Of a DNA stretch of 50,413 bases, positions 39,844 through 48,805 are shown piece after piece. Positions within the stretch are counted from its first letter, which is position 1. Every line of letters begins with the position of its first letter. This DNA comes from Phyllobacteriaceae bacterium (GTDB lineage: Bacteria > Pseudomonadota > Alphaproteobacteria > Rhizobiales > Rhizobiaceae): the NCBI GenBank assembly GCA_031401375.1, contig JANNRN010000044.1, forward strand, positions 1 to 50,413, written 5' to 3'. A program made the position numbers and the translations under genes. A model generated the notes under the pieces. The model saw only the letters and a list, made by a program, of their open reading frames with translations, made no database searches and was not told the DNA's origin.

Positions 39844-41340
39844 ATGCGACATTACGGGCATTTCATTGGCGGCAAGAATGTCGCCGGCAATTCCGGCCGG
39901 CAGGCGGATGTTTTCATGCCGATGACGGGCGAAGTGCAAGGCAGGGTGGCGCTGGCTTCAGCGGCCGAGGTCCGCGCGGCCGTCGAAAACGCCAAGGCTG
40001 CGCAACCCAAATGGGCGGCGACCAATCCTCAGCGGCGCGCCCGCGTCTTCATGAAGTTCCTCGAACTTGTCCATGCCGAATATGATTCACTGGCCGAGAT
40101 GCTCGCATTGGAACACGGCAAGACCATTCCCGATGCCAAGGGCGATATTCAGCGCGGCCTTGAGGTCATCGAATTCTGCATCGGCTCGCCGCATCTGCTC
40201 AAGGGCGAGTTCACCGATGGGGCCGGTCCTGGCATTGACGTTTACTCGATGCGCCAGGCGCTTGGCGTGGTCGCCGGCATCACGCCGTTCAATTTTCCTG
40301 CGATGATCCCTTTATGGAAGGCCGGTCCGGCGATCGCCTGCGGCAACGCATTCATTCTCAAACCGTCGGAGCGCGATCCGGGCGTGCCGCTGCGCATTGG
40401 CGAACTCTTCATCGAAGCAGGACTGCCGGAAGGTATTTTCAACGTCGTCAACGGCGACAAGGAAGCGGTCGACGCGCTTCTTGACGACCCTGATGTCAAG
40501 GCCATCGGCTTTGTCGGCTCGACGCCGATCGCGCATTACATTTACTCGCGCGGCTGTGCGGCGGGCAAGCGCGTGCAGTGCTTCGGCGGCGCAAAAAACC
40601 ACATGATCATCATGCCCGATGCGGACATGGACCAGACCGTCGATGCGCTGATTGGCGCAGGCTACGGGTCGGCGGGCGAACGCTGTATGGCGATTTCCGT
40701 CGCGGTGCCGGTTGGCGAAGACACCGCCAACCGTTTGATGGCCAAGCTGACGCCGCGTGTGGAGAGTCTTCGTGTCGGGACTTCAACCGATCCGTCAGCC
40801 GATTTCGGCCCGCTCGTCACCAAGGCGCATCTCGACAAGGTCAAGGGTTACGTTGATATCGGCATTGCCGAAGGCGCCAAGCTCGTTGTCGATGGCCGCA
40901 GCTTCAAGATGCAGGGCTATGAGAACGGCTACTACATGGGCGGCTGCCTGTTCGACAATGTCACGACAGACATGCGCATCTACAAGGAAGAGATATTCGG
41001 CCCCGTTCTCTCGGTCGTGCGTGCACCACACTATGAGGACGCGCTGCGCTGGACCAATGAGCATGAATATGGCAACGGCACCGCGATTTTCACCCGTGAC
41101 GGCGATGCCGCCCGCGACTTCGCCAGCCGTGTCCAGGTCGGCATGGTCGGCGTCAACGTGCCGATCCCGGTGCCGATCGCCTATTACACATTCGGCGGCT
41201 GGAAAGGTTCGGGTTTTGGCGATCTCAACCAGCACGGCCCGGATGCCTTCCGCTTCTACACCAAGACCAAGACAGTGACCTCGCGCTGGCCAAGCGGCGT
41301 CAAGGATGGCGCGGAGTTTGTCATCCCGACGATGCGGTAG
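39844..41340 (+). CDS. mmsA: methylmalonate-semialdehyde dehydrogenase (CoA-acylating)
   Basis: 498 aa, MRHYGHFIGGK.. with ALDH motifs FNFPAMIPLW, VGSTPIA and GERCMA (catalytic Cys). Confidence 0.92.
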   Translation: MRHYGHFIGGKNVAGNSGRQADVFMPMTGEVQGRVALASAAEVRAAVENAKAAQPKWAATNPQRRARVFMKFLELVHAEYDSLAEMLALEHGKTIPDAKGDIQRGLEVIEFCIGSPHLLKGEFTDGAGPGIDVYSMRQALGVVAGITPFNFPAMIPLWKAGPAIACGNAFILKPSERDPGVPLRIGELFIEAGLPEGIFNVVNGDKEAVDALLDDPDVKAIGFVGSTPIAHYIYSRGCAAGKRVQCFGGAKNHMIIMPDADMDQTVDALIGAGYGSAGERCMAISVAVPVGEDTANRLMAKLTPRVESLRVGTSTDPSADFGPLVTKAHLDKVKGYVDIGIAEGAKLVVDGRSFKMQGYENGYYMGGCLFDNVTTDMRIYKEEIFGPVLSVVRAPHYEDALRWTNEHEYGNGTAIFTRDGDAARDFASRVQVGMVGVNVPIPVPIAYYTFGGWKGSGFGDLNQHGPDAFRFYTKTKTVTSRWPSGVKDGAEFVIPTMR

Positions 41341-41362
41341 GATTTGAGTGAATGCGATTGAA

Positions 41363-41391
41363 GCGTCCGCCGCAGAAGGCGGGCGTTTTTT
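41363..41391 (+). terminator. rho-independent terminator after mmsA
   Basis: GCGTCCGCC-gcagaa-GGCGGGCGT followed by TTTTTT, 23 nt after the stop. Confidence 0.75.
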
Positions 41392-41448
41392 GTTGCATTT
41401 TGGGCAATTTCGCCATACATACTGGCAATCTTGCCGAGGAGCGTAGCA

Positions 41449-41904
41449 ATGTCTGTTTCACCTGTCCCCCAGTTGCGAAAATCCGTTGAGATTGTTCATG
41501 ACCAACTGACAGGCCTTTCGGCAGAACTGAAGAAAAACACCTTGGCGTCAGAGATCGCCATGAGTGAATCGATCAAGGCCGGAATTCTGGTTGCTCAAGT
41601 TGTTGCAGACAAGGCCTTTTCGGAACGCTTGGTGCAGTCCGGCGTCATTCCTCGGCGCACATTGCAATATGCTCACGAGAACAACATGCAGCGATTTACT
41701 CCTGCACAGTCCGAGCGGATCGTGCGGGCCTTGCGCGTTACCGGGCTTGCAAGGGAGGCGTTTGGCGACAAGGCCGACGAATGGCTTGACCGGCCCACGA
41801 CGGTCTTTTCCGGGGCGACACCTGCCGAAATGCTGGTCACCGAGGCCGGCGCGCGGGCGGTCGAGATGTTTATTGGCCAGGCTATGCACGGTTTTGCGGC
41901 GTGA
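41449..41904 (+). CDS. Xre/MbcA/ParS-type antitoxin (DUF2384 toxin-binding domain)
   Basis: C-terminal ..ALRVTGLAREAFGDKADEWLDRPTTVFSGATPAEMLVTEAGARAVEMFIGQAMHG. GGAG lies before ATG 41449. 4-nt overlap with the RES gene. Confidence 0.8.
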   Translation: MSVSPVPQLRKSVEIVHDQLTGLSAELKKNTLASEIAMSESIKAGILVAQVVADKAFSERLVQSGVIPRRTLQYAHENNMQRFTPAQSERIVRALRVTGLAREAFGDKADEWLDRPTTVFSGATPAEMLVTEAGARAVEMFIGQAMHGFAA

Positions 41905-42335
41905 AACTTTGGCGTGTCGCTCACGCAGATTTTGCGGATTTGAGCGGACATGGCGGGCTTCTCAGGCCAGGGCGCTGGCACAGTGTCGGGAGGCCCATCG
42001 TCTATGCCGCTGAGCACTCGGCCTTGGCCATGCTGGAGGTGCGGGTGCATCTGGATTTGCCGGCTTCGTATTTGTCAAAGTTCGTGATGCTGAAAATTGA
42101 TGTCCAAGACGATGTGCGGATAGATTCGATTGATAACCAGCCCGATGATGAAACTGTCACGCGGGCGCTTGGGGACGTTTGGCTGGGTGCAGCCCCTACA
42201 TGCATCTGCAGGGTGAAAAGTGCGCTTGCGCCAGACGCCTTCAACTATTTGATCAATCCTCGGCATCCGGACATAGCCAGGGTCAATGTCGAGGCCGTTG
42301 CGCCGCTGGTTTTTGACGCACGCTTGTTTCGATAG
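41901..42335 (+). CDS. RES-domain toxin (NAD+-degrading/ADP-ribosylating family, MbcT/ParT-like)
   Basis: MKLWRVAHADFADLSGHGGLLRPGRWHSVGRPIVYAAEHSALAMLEVRVHL.. (R..E..S pattern). GTG start overlaps the antitoxin stop (GTGA). Confidence 0.82.
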   Translation: MKLWRVAHADFADLSGHGGLLRPGRWHSVGRPIVYAAEHSALAMLEVRVHLDLPASYLSKFVMLKIDVQDDVRIDSIDNQPDDETVTRALGDVWLGAAPTCICRVKSALAPDAFNYLINPRHPDIARVNVEAVAPLVFDARLFR

Positions 42336-42389
42336 AATTCCGGGCTTTGCAAGGGCACAACGCAGTATTTCCGAATTGCCACGCATGCG

Positions 42390-43031
42390 CTACCGTCCCA
42401 AATGCGCGATCAACTCTTCTGCCGCGCGTTCGGCGCTTGCCTCATCTCTTGCAATAATTGCGTCGATCAGCGCTACATGGTGCTGCGCCGAGAGCTTGAG
42501 CGAATCCGGTCGCTGCAGCCTAAACCAGAACCGGCGCGAATGGGTTTGCAAAGGCGCGGCGAGGCGGGCGGCAAAGGGGTTCGCGGCCGCTTCGCCCAAC
42601 ACGGTGTCAAGCGCCTTGTCAGCATCGAGAAACGCCTCGACGTCGCCAGTTCCGGCGGCGGCTTGCATTTTGGCTTCGACGTGGCGGAACATCCGGTCGT
42701 GCCCGGGCGAGGCATAGGAGGCCGCTCCCCAGGCGAGCAGCATTTCAACGCCTTTTCTGGCTGCTAGAACCTTGGGAAAGTCCGCCGGATCGAGCGCGGC
42801 GATTTGAATGCCCGAGCGCGGCCTGATCTCAAGGAGCCCCTCCCAGGCAAGGCGCTGTATCGCTTCGCGCACCGGCGTGCGGCCAAGATGCAGCCGCTCG
42901 ATCAGCGTGCCTTCCGTCATTGTTTCACCCGGCTGCAGCTTCAATGTGACAATCATGCGCTCCAGCGCGCGATAGGCGCGTTCGGTTTGCGGCAGATTGT
43001 TTTCGTCGCCGGAGGGAGTAAGGTCGGTCAC
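42390..43031 (-). CDS. GntR family (FadR/FCD subfamily) transcriptional regulator, probable hydroxyproline-operon repressor
   Basis: N-terminal wHTH ..AYRALERMIVTLKLQPGETMTEGTLIERLHLGRTPVREAIQRLAWEGLLEI and a helical FCD C-terminus. Divergent from the DapA-like gene. Confidence 0.88.
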   Translation of the reverse strand: MTDLTPSGDENNLPQTERAYRALERMIVTLKLQPGETMTEGTLIERLHLGRTPVREAIQRLAWEGLLEIRPRSGIQIAALDPADFPKVLAARKGVEMLLAWGAASYASPGHDRMFRHVEAKMQAAAGTGDVEAFLDADKALDTVLGEAAANPFAARLAAPLQTHSRRFWFRLQRPDSLKLSAQHHVALIDAIIARDEASAERAAEELIAHLGR

Positions 43032-43052
43032 GATTTTTCCTGATAAATGACG

Positions 43053-43093
43053 TTGACTGCGGTCCTGTATACAGATATATCACTGATATATCA
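43053..43093 (+). promoter_or_regulatory. candidate promoter plus GntR operator cluster
   Basis: TTGACT-17 nt-TATATC. The palindrome TGTATACA (43066-43073) lies in the spacer. Two tandem self-palindromic GATATATC boxes (43074-43081 and 43085-92) cover the -10 and start region. Confidence 0.5.
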
Positions 43094-43108
43094 AATGGAG
43101 AATGAATC

Positions 43109-43999
43109 ATGTGGAAGGGTGTATTTCCAGCTGTCACGACAAAGTTCCTTGCCGACGATTCCCTCGACCACAGGGAAATGGAGCGCTGCTTTGCCATTCA
43201 GGTTGAAGCCGGTGTCGATGGGTTGATTGTAGCCGGTTCGCTCGGCGAGGGTCCGATGCTGAGCACGGATGAAAAGCTCGCCGTTCTCAAGACAGCGAAG
43301 TCTGTTGCGGGCAAGCTGCCGGTGTTGATGACCATCAATGATGCAGGCACCCGCGAGGCCGAGGCCATGGCGCGTGCTTCGGCGCGGGCCGGGGCGGATG
43401 GGCTGATGGTGGTGCCCTCGATGGTCTACCATACCAATGCGAAGGAAACGGTCGCCACGCTCAACGACATCGCCAATGCCGGCGGTTTGCCGGTGATGAT
43501 TTATTCCAACCGCATCGCTTACCGGGTCGATGTGACGACGGACATCATGGAGGAGCTTGCCAAAAATCCGCTCTTCGTCGCGGTCAAGGAATCCTCTGAC
43601 GACATCCGGCGCTCGACCGAGATCATCAACCGCTTTGACGACCGCTTCGATCTTTTCACTGGCGTTGACAACCTTGCCTTTGAGGCGCTGGCGGTAGGTG
43701 CGGTCGGCTGGGTCGCCGGTCTGGTGGTGGCGTTCCCCAAGGAAACCGTCGCCATCTACCGGCTGATGCGGGCGGGGCGCACACAAGAAGCGCTCGAACT
43801 CTATCGCTGGTTCCGGCCTCTTCTGGATCTGGATGTGTCGACCTATCTCGTGCAAAACCTCAAACTTGCCGAGGCCATCGCGATTGGCTCGACCGAAACG
43901 GTGCGGCGTCCGCGTCAACCGCTGGAAGGGGCGGAACGGGCGCGTGTCGAGAAGATCGTCCGCGATGCGATCGCTGCGCGCGAAGAACTGGCCGACTGA
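43109..43999 (+). CDS. DapA/DHDPS-family lyase, probable 1-pyrroline-4-hydroxy-2-carboxylate deaminase
   Basis: DHDPS fold motifs (GLIVAGSLGEGPML; VAVKESS with Schiff-base Lys). Functional call rests on context with the Hyp epimerase and the D-amino-acid dehydrogenase-like gene. Confidence 0.75.
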   Translation: MWKGVFPAVTTKFLADDSLDHREMERCFAIQVEAGVDGLIVAGSLGEGPMLSTDEKLAVLKTAKSVAGKLPVLMTINDAGTREAEAMARASARAGADGLMVVPSMVYHTNAKETVATLNDIANAGGLPVMIYSNRIAYRVDVTTDIMEELAKNPLFVAVKESSDDIRRSTEIINRFDDRFDLFTGVDNLAFEALAVGAVGWVAGLVVAFPKETVAIYRLMRAGRTQEALELYRWFRPLLDLDVSTYLVQNLKLAEAIAIGSTETVRRPRQPLEGAERARVEKIVRDAIAAREELAD

Positions 44000-44001
44000 G
44001 C

Positions 44002-45243
44002 TTGGCAAAGTCCGCGATACTTGTCGGCGGCGGGATCATCGGGATCACTGCCGCCATCGCACTCGCAGAGGCCGGCTACGCGGTCACGGTGATTGACCGG
44101 ACCGGCATTTGCGAGGAAACAAGCGCCGGCCACGCCGCCGCGTTTGCCTTTTCCGACATCATGCCGATGGCGCACAAAGGGTTCCTCAAGAATGTGCCCG
44201 GCTGGCTGATGGACCCGCTCGGGCCTTTGACGATTGCGCCAAACTATTTGCTGACGATCACGCCCTGGCTGTTGAAAGTCGCGCGCGAAGGTCAGGCATC
44301 AAAACGCGATGCCGCCATTGCCGCGCAAGCGTCTCTGATGAAACTGGCCGCGAACGAGATGAGTGCGCTGGTGGCGCGGGCCGGTATTGACAGCCTGGTG
44401 CGCCACGATGGTTCACTGGAACTCTACAAGAGCGAGGCGGCATTCAGCTCCGCACAGCCGGGCTGGGCGTTCCGCGAAAAACATGGCGTGCCGTTTGAAC
44501 ATGTGCGCGGTGAGCGATTGAAGGAGTTGCAGCCCGGCCTGTCCGACAAGGTCGTCGCGGCGACGTTTTCGCCGTCATGGAAAACGGTCAGCGATTCAAA
44601 AGGTTTTGGCAAAGCGCTTTGGGCCCATGCCGAGACGCTGGGCTGCCGTTTTGTCAAAGGCGAGGTGGCTGTTATTCGCGGGCAAGAAGGCGGTGCGGGC
44701 GTGGTCACGAAAGACGGCGCCGGATATTCTGGCGATGTCGCGCTTGTGTGTGCGGGCGCATGGTCGCATCGCCTGGCCAAGCAATTGGGCGACATCATTC
44801 CGCTTGAAACCGAGCGCGGCTATAACACGACGCTGCCGAAGAACGCGGCGGATGTGAAGCGCATGCTGATCTTCTCGTCGGAAGGCTTTGTGCTGACCCC
44901 TTTGGAAAACGGCATCCGGATCGGCGGCGCCGTCGAGTTCGCCGGTCTCGAGAATCCGCCCAATTACAAGCGCGCCGATGCGATGCTGACCAAGGCCAAG
45001 CGTTATCTGCCTGACTTGAACATCTCCGGCGGCACGCAATGGATGGGTTTCAGGCCGTCGCTGCCCGATACTTTGCCGGCTATCGGACGGTCAAGGTTCT
45101 CACCGCATGTGCTCTATGCATTCGGCCACGGACACCTTGGCCTTACCCAGTCGGCGGCGACTGCGCGGCTTGTCATGGATTTGGCGCTTGGCAACACCGC
45201 AGCCCTTGATTTGAAACCGTTTTCGCCGCAACGGTTCGGGTGA
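44002..45243 (+). CDS. FAD-dependent D-amino-acid dehydrogenase-like oxidoreductase, probable D-hydroxyproline dehydrogenase
   Basis: (TTG)AKSAILVGGGIIGITAAIALAEAGYAVTVIDR dinucleotide fold; DadA-like length of 413 aa; operon context. Confidence 0.75.
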   Translation: MAKSAILVGGGIIGITAAIALAEAGYAVTVIDRTGICEETSAGHAAAFAFSDIMPMAHKGFLKNVPGWLMDPLGPLTIAPNYLLTITPWLLKVAREGQASKRDAAIAAQASLMKLAANEMSALVARAGIDSLVRHDGSLELYKSEAAFSSAQPGWAFREKHGVPFEHVRGERLKELQPGLSDKVVAATFSPSWKTVSDSKGFGKALWAHAETLGCRFVKGEVAVIRGQEGGAGVVTKDGAGYSGDVALVCAGAWSHRLAKQLGDIIPLETERGYNTTLPKNAADVKRMLIFSSEGFVLTPLENGIRIGGAVEFAGLENPPNYKRADAMLTKAKRYLPDLNISGGTQWMGFRPSLPDTLPAIGRSRFSPHVLYAFGHGHLGLTQSAATARLVMDLALGNTAALDLKPFSPQRFG

Positions 45244-45252
45244 GGATTTTTC

Positions 45253-46254
45253 ATGGCGCGGCACACATTCTTTTGCATTGACGGACATACGTGCGGAAAT
45301 CCGGTGAGGCTGGTTGCGGGCGGCGGCCCCCTTCTTTCCGGCGCGACCATGATGGAGAAGCGGGCGCACTTCCTCGCCGAATTCGACTGGATCCGCACCG
45401 GGCTGATGTTTGAGCCGCGCGGCCATGACATCATGTCGGGGTCGATCCTGTATCCGCCGACGCGCGCGGACTGCGACATCGCAATCCTTTTCATCGAAAC
45501 ATCCGGATGCCTGCCGATGTGCGGCCACGGCACGATTGGCACCGTCACCATGGCGCTGGAAAACGGCTTGGTCACGCCAAAGACGCCAGGCGTGCTGCGG
45601 TTGGATACGCCCGCGGGGCTGGTCATTGCGGAATATCGCCAGGATGGCCAGTTTGTCGAAGAAGTGCGCATCACCAACGTGCCGTCATTTCTTTACAAAC
45701 AGGGGCTCGAGGTCGAATGTCCTGATCTTGGCGCATTGACTGTGGATGTGGCCTATGGCGGGAATTTCTACGCCATTGTCGAGCCGCAAGAAAACTACCG
45801 GGACATGGCGGACTACACGGCGCTTGATTTCATCAAATGGAGCCCGGTGCTTCGCCGCAGACTCAATGAGAAGTACACATTCGTGCACCCGCAGAGCCCG
45901 GACATCAACCAGCTTTCACACCTCTTGTGGACAGGAGCTCCGATCCATCCTGATGCGCACGGCCGCAACGCGGTCTTCTATGGCGAGAAGGCCATCGACC
46001 GGTCACCTTGCGGGACCGGCACGTCGTCGCGGATGGCGCAGCTCCATGCCAAGGGCAAGCTGAAAGCGGGCGAGGAATTCGTGCACGAATCAATTATCGG
46101 CTCCATGTTCAAGGGCAGGGTTGAACGCGAAGTCGACTTCCACGGTTACAAGGCAATCATCCCTTCGATCGGCGGTTGGGCGCGGATGACAGGCTACAAC
46201 ACGATTTTTATCGATGACCGCGATCCGCTGTCGGCCGGGTTCACGGTGCGCTAA
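45253..46254 (+). CDS. 4-hydroxyproline 2-epimerase (proline racemase family)
   Basis: FFCIDGHTCGNPVR. Both catalytic positions are Cys (LPMCGHGTIG and DRSPCGTGTS), which indicates an epimerase/racemase rather than a dehydratase. Confidence 0.88.
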   Translation: MARHTFFCIDGHTCGNPVRLVAGGGPLLSGATMMEKRAHFLAEFDWIRTGLMFEPRGHDIMSGSILYPPTRADCDIAILFIETSGCLPMCGHGTIGTVTMALENGLVTPKTPGVLRLDTPAGLVIAEYRQDGQFVEEVRITNVPSFLYKQGLEVECPDLGALTVDVAYGGNFYAIVEPQENYRDMADYTALDFIKWSPVLRRRLNEKYTFVHPQSPDINQLSHLLWTGAPIHPDAHGRNAVFYGEKAIDRSPCGTGTSSRMAQLHAKGKLKAGEEFVHESIIGSMFKGRVEREVDFHGYKAIIPSIGGWARMTGYNTIFIDDRDPLSAGFTVR

Positions 46255-46502
46255 AGGTTAATATCCACATGGGGTTTTGCAAAATCAACGATGTTTCCAC
46301 GGTGTTTTCGGCAATTCTGCGGTTCGATATCCTTCTACTTCGCACAATCATGGTGACTTTCACCAAAATCCGGCTAACCAAGAGTCAATTTGACTAGACC
46401 TGTGCAAAAGCGGTTGCTTTCCGCGGGCGTCTCGCTAGTCTTTGCACAAAATCAGGGAACGAGGCCGCGCAACGTCGCGGCGAAACGGGGGAATTGTACC
46501 GC

Positions 46503-47417
46503 ATGGAGTATTTCGTCCAGCAGGTCATCAACGGCTTTACGTTGGGTTCAATCTACGGCCTCATCGCCATCGGCTATACGATGGTTTACGGCATTATCGG
46601 CATGATCAATTTCGCGCATGGCGACATCTTCATGATTGGCGCCTTCATGGCGTTGATCATGTTCATGATTGTCGCGCCGATCCTGGGCACCGGGGCGGTG
46701 GCCATTGCCCTGGCGATCATCATCATGCTCGTTGTGGCGATGTTGCTGACAAGTCTTTGGAACTGGTCGATTGAGCGCATTGCCTACCGGCCGCTGCGCG
46801 GTTCGTTTCGCCTCGCGCCGCTGATTACGGCGATTGGCATGTCGATCGTGCTGTCGAACTTCGTGCAGGTCATGCAGGGTCCGCGCAACAAACCGATCCC
46901 GGCGCTTGTCACCGGCAATTACACGATTCCGGGAACAGACGTGAACGTGTCGCTGAAGCAAATCCTGATCTTTCTGGTGACGGCGGTTCTGCTTTACGGC
47001 TTCTGGTACATCGTCAATCGAACGCCGCTTGGGCGGGCGCAGCGAGCCTGCGAACAGGACCGCAAAATGGCGGCGCTGCTCGGGGTGGACGTCGACCGGA
47101 CGATTTCGATCACGTTCATCATGGGCGCGGCGCTGGCGGCTGTGGCCGGCACGCTGTACCTGTCCTATTATGGCGTCGTCGTCTTCACCGATGGCTTCGT
47201 TCCGGGCGTCAAGGCGTTCACCGCCGCGGTTCTTGGCGGCATCGGTTCGCTGCCGGGGGCTGTCGTCGGCGGGCTGCTGATCGGGATGATCGAAGCCTTG
47301 TGGTCGGCCTATTTCTCGATTGATTACAAGGATGTGGCCGCTTTCTCGATCCTTGCCATCGTGCTGATCTTCCTGCCGTCCGGTATTCTCGGACGTCCTG
47401 AAGTGGAAAAGGTATAA
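46503..47417 (+). CDS. livH: branched-chain amino-acid ABC transporter permease
   Basis: [41 protein letters not shown].. Confidence 0.92.
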   Translation: MEYFVQQVINGFTLGSIYGLIAIGYTMVYGIIGMINFAHGDIFMIGAFMALIMFMIVAPILGTGAVAIALAIIIMLVVAMLLTSLWNWSIERIAYRPLRGSFRLAPLITAIGMSIVLSNFVQVMQGPRNKPIPALVTGNYTIPGTDVNVSLKQILIFLVTAVLLYGFWYIVNRTPLGRAQRACEQDRKMAALLGVDVDRTISITFIMGAALAAVAGTLYLSYYGVVVFTDGFVPGVKAFTAAVLGGIGSLPGAVVGGLLIGMIEALWSAYFSIDYKDVAAFSILAIVLIFLPSGILGRPEVEKV

Positions 47418-47422
47418 TCCCC

Positions 47423-48805
47423 ATGGCGATGAATTCCGCTTCTTCCGGACCCGAAAATCGCGGTTCCAAGGCCATACGCGACGCGCTTTTCACCGGGCTC
47501 ATTGCGTTCGGGCTGTTTGTGCTCCTGGTCGGGCTCGAAACCGGCCAGAACATCCGCAATGAGCTGATCCTCATTCCCCACTGGGGATTGCTGGCGATCT
47601 TTGTGATCACGGCCATGGTTCTGCGCTATCTGATTGATATGGTCTTCAGACCTTATTTCGCCGAACGCCGGACGGCAAAAGCGGCCGTCGTCGTTGATGT
47701 GAACGCCAAGCCGAGTTACTTCCGGAAGAACTTTTCCAATATCGCCATCGCATTTCTGTTTGTATACCCATTCCTGGTCCTCGCACTGGTCGGTGTTCCC
47801 GGTTCGCTCAAATGGGTCGATAATTTCGGCATCCAGATTCTTATTTATGTGATGCTGGCCTGGGGTCTCAATATCGTGGTGGGCCTGGCGGGCCTGCTCG
47901 ATTTGGGTTATGTCGCGTTCTACGCCGTTGGCGCTTATTCCTATGCCCTGCTGTCGACCTATTACGGGCTCTCATTTTGGGTGCTGCTGCCGATGGCCGG
48001 GATTTTTTCTGCGCTCTGGGGCATCATGCTTGGGTTTCCGGTCCTGCGCCTTCGCGGTGACTATCTTGCCATTGTGACGCTGGCGTTCGGAGAAATCATC
48101 CGGCTGGTGCTGATCAACTGGACGGCGGTCACCAAGGGAACATTCGGTGTTTCCGGCATTGCCAAGGCGACGCTGTTCGGCATGAATTTTGACGCCACGC
48201 CAACCGGATTCGCCGCGACTTTCGGCCTTGCGCCATCGTCGGCCTATTACAAGATTTTCCTCTATTATCTCATCCTGCTTCTGGCATTGTTGACCGCCTT
48301 TGTGACAATCCGCTTGCGCCGCATGCCCATTGGCCGTGCGTGGGAAGCGTTGCGTGAGGACGAGATCGCCTGCAAGTCGCTTGGCATCAACACCACGACA
48401 ACCAAGCTCACGGCCTTTGCCACCGGCGCCATGTTTGCCGGCTTTGCGGGTTCGTTCTTTGCCGCGCGGCAGGGCTATGTCTCGCCCGAATCCTTCGTCT
48501 ATCTGGAGTCAGTCATCATTCTCGCCATCGTCGTGATTGGCGGCATGGGTTCGCTGATCGGCATTGCAATTGCCGCGGTGGTAATGATCGGCGGCACCGA
48601 AATCCTGCGCGAACTGTCGTTCCTCAAAATAGTTTTCGGCGAAGGCTTTACGCCTGAGCTTTACCGCATGCTGCTCTTCGGCCTCGCCATGGTGGGCGTC
48701 ATGCTCTACAAGCCGCGCGGTTTTGTCGGCAGCCGCGAACCGACCGCATTCCTCAATGAGCGCAAGATGGTTTCCAGTGAATTTACCAAAGAGGGGCATG
48801 GCTGA
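47423..48805 (+). CDS. livM: branched-chain amino-acid ABC transporter permease (long LivM type)
   Basis: ..[43 protein letters not shown].. with a C-terminal cytoplasmic tail. Confidence 0.92.
   Translation: MAMNSASSGPENRGSKAIRDALFTGLIAFGLFVLLVGLETGQNIRNELILIPHWGLLAIFVITAMVLRYLIDMVFRPYFAERRTAKAAVVVDVNAKPSYFRKNFSNIAIAFLFVYPFLVLALVGVPGSLKWVDNFGIQILIYVMLAWGLNIVVGLAGLLDLGYVAFYAVGAYSYALLSTYYGLSFWVLLPMAGIFSALWGIMLGFPVLRLRGDYLAIVTLAFGEIIRLVLINWTAVTKGTFGVSGIAKATLFGMNFDATPTGFAATFGLAPSSAYYKIFLYYLILLLALLTAFVTIRLRRMPIGRAWEALREDEIACKSLGINTTTTKLTAFATGAMFAGFAGSFFAARQGYVSPESFVYLESVIILAIVVIGGMGSLIGIAIAAVVMIGGTEILRELSFLKIVFGEGFTPELYRMLLFGLAMVGVMLYKPRGFVGSREPTAFLNERKMVSSEFTKEGHG

Noticed and set aside
43091-44008. 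305-aa minus-strand ORF
   Set aside because: It is antisense to the DapA-like gene and is a shadow ORF.
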